Sequence record: SRR22947727_1410
Strand: one strand, 5' to 3'
Length of the DNA stretch: 40,983 nt
The notes under the pieces are model-generated. The model did not search any database. It had not been told where the DNA came from and worked only from the letters and a program-made list of their open reading frames with translations. Positions 39,299 to 40,983 of this stretch are shown here, piece by piece (the stretch's first letter is position 1; the number at the start of each line of letters is the position of its first letter). The translations under genes and the position numbers were made by a program.

Positions 39299-40177
39299 TT
39301 AGGCTTTATGCCGCGTTTCAAATTCAAAGCCATAGTCATAAGATCGAAGCGGCGTTGGAGAAAGCTCATAGGTTTTTTTACGCAAAAAATCCATCATCGC
39401 CCGCGAATCTGTAGAAAATTCTGTTAAATCCTCTTGGGTGATTGGATCGCCCACCACAACGCGCACCGGCGTATCGATGCGTTTTTTAAACTCTTTTATC
39501 AAAAGGCCCATTCGAAGCGTGTTGTGTAAATGGCTTGCAAGCTGAAACATCCTGCTGGTTTGGCCTTCGAAATATACAGGTAGCACAGTCGCATTAGACT
39601 TGCTGATCATGCGCGCTGTAAACGATCTCCAGCCCGGATCCATGGGCTGCGCGAAAGGCGTTGCGGCTGTCGAAACCGTACCACCGGGAAAAACACCAAT
39701 TGCGCCCCCGTCTGCAAGATACGCTAAAGCGTTTTTTCGAGTGGCCAGATTTTCACGAACAGCATCCTTTGTTTCATCAAAGGAAATCGGCAAAACAACG
39801 CGTTGCAAATCTGCCGACTTTCGAAATACCGTATTCGCCAAAATACGAAAATCTCCCCGGACCGACGATAAAATATGCCCCATCATCAAACCGTCTAAAA
39901 TCCCGTAAGGATGATTTGCGATCATAATCAGTGGGCCGGATGTCGGGATTTTCGATAAATCTCCGGCGACAATATCCAAACTCAAACCATATCGTTCAAC
40001 CATCACCTGCCAAAAATCACGCCCATTCGCGACTTCCTGTTCATATCCGCGCGCGCGCTTTATCAAGCGAAGTCGTCCGGTGGTATTTTCCATCAATTTA
40101 ATAACAGTTTTACCGGCTTTTGTTTGCGCGGAATACGAATAACTGATGTCGCGGGCGATGCGCGGAAGCTTTAGCAA
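39299..40177 (-). CDS. Lysophospholipid acyltransferase family protein
   Basis: NHPYGILD (HxxxxD) and VFPGG. The start is uncertain; TTG 40177 follows a GGAAGG RBS, and the ORF extends to 40210. Confidence 0.85.
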   Translation of the reverse strand: MLKLPRIARDISYSYSAQTKAGKTVIKLMENTTGRLRLIKRARGYEQEVANGRDFWQVMVERYGLSLDIVAGDLSKIPTSGPLIMIANHPYGILDGLMMGHILSSVRGDFRILANTVFRKSADLQRVVLPISFDETKDAVRENLATRKNALAYLADGGAIGVFPGGTVSTAATPFAQPMDPGWRSFTARMISKSNATVLPVYFEGQTSRMFQLASHLHNTLRMGLLIKEFKKRIDTPVRVVVGDPITQEDLTEFSTDSRAMMDFLRKKTYELSPTPLRSYDYGFEFETRHKA

Positions 40178-40237
40178 AGAAAACACCTTCCATTTACAGG
40201 CATGGATCAAAGTTAAAACAAAGCGAAGCAGACCTGT

Positions 40238-40983
40238 TTATTCTGCCGCCTGCGTGAACGTGGGCGGAGAATTGCGTAAAACGTCAAGCAATTCAAGGCG
40301 CCGCTTTTCGGCTTTTTCATAATTTGAGAACTTTACCGGGCCAAAGCCACGAATTTGCAAAGGCAATTCAGCCAGTTCTTGAAGGGCCGCCGTATCAACC
40401 GGCCCACCCGAAAAGGCGAACGCGGCCAAATCAGCTTCATATTGTTTTATCAACTCTCGCTCCATCCTGCGCTCATCACTATAGCCAAACACATCAAAAG
40501 GGGTTGCCCGTAAAAATTTGAAGCGGGCCAAAACACCAAAGGCTTTTTCAATCCAAGCGCCAAATTGCCGCTTCAACGGACGCCCATCAGGGCCTAATTT
40601 GCTGAGCAAGGGCGGCGCGAGATGATAGGTAATCTGGTCAATATTTTCAAATTGCTCTGCGGCCTTGGCGCGGGTCAGCCGGTGCAGGCGCGCAACTTCA
40701 TATTCATCCTTATAAGCCAAAAGCTTGTGATAGGCTTTGGCGACCAGTTCTTTCAATTCAGGGTTTTCGATTTTCGAGACCAATGCCAAATAGCGCTTTC
40801 GCAACCGGCGGCCTTGATAGGCTTTCAAATGATCCGCGCGGATGGCGATTTTTTCATCCAATGTTTGCGGCAATTTGATCAAACTCGGGGCCAAGAGTTT
40901 CTGCGCTTCGCTCAAGTGTAACACCGCCCATCTGCCCAGCTCAAATGCATACAGGTTTTTTTCCACAGCAGCCCCGTTGAGCT
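40238..40983 (-). CDS. Indolepyruvate ferredoxin oxidoreductase family protein, C-terminal part
   Basis: Motifs KLLAYKDEYEVARL, YHLAPP, LRATPFDVFG and IRGFGPVK; the frame runs off the window edge. Confidence 0.88.
   Translation of the reverse strand, partial: LNGAAVEKNLYAFELGRWAVLHLSEAQKLLAPSLIKLPQTLDEKIAIRADHLKAYQGRRLRKRYLALVSKIENPELKELVAKAYHKLLAYKDEYEVARLHRLTRAKAAEQFENIDQITYHLAPPLLSKLGPDGRPLKRQFGAWIEKAFGVLARFKFLRATPFDVFGYSDERRMERELIKQYEADLAAFAFSGGPVDTAALQELAELPLQIRGFGPVKFSNYEKAEKRRLELLDVLRNSPPTFTQAAE

Noticed and set aside
1-40983. tRNA, rRNA, integrase, transposase or prophage genes
   Set aside because: None was recognised by eye or in the ORF track. Short remnants could have been missed.

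Overview
A chromosomal window from a marine Rhodobacteraceae (Roseobacter-group-like) bacterium; the taxonomy is inferred from gene content and order. In order it holds: an aerobic cobalamin cluster (cobG'HIJ, antisense cobK, cobL-E-M-B-A, a B12 riboswitch, a solitary CbiM-like gene, cobF); a galactoside uptake and De Ley-Doudoroff cluster (galM, GH42, lactonase, dgoA, dgoK, SDR, GH4 melA, ABC transporter, IclR); lipA; a gafA-like gene-transfer-agent activator split at a (GC)n run, with a CtrA box and a divergent gafB-like gene; an MttB-family gene; guaA; an AT-rich accessory region; and a core block (SDR, paaG-like, ccmH/F/E, argC, murI, acyltransferase, partial IOR). The most striking feature follows guaA. 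Its last 21 bp (GTIEWE-stop) occur three times and delimit two tandem single-gene cassettes of 1112 and 1342 bp with no integrase. The cassettes share position-matched end motifs, including an inverted repeat centred on the att core. A cupin pseudogene whose ATG overlaps the third copy's stop codon marks the probable pre-insertion neighbour of guaA. This looks like an integron-like array of minimal cassettes mobilised in trans. All assignments were made by eye; no searches were run.
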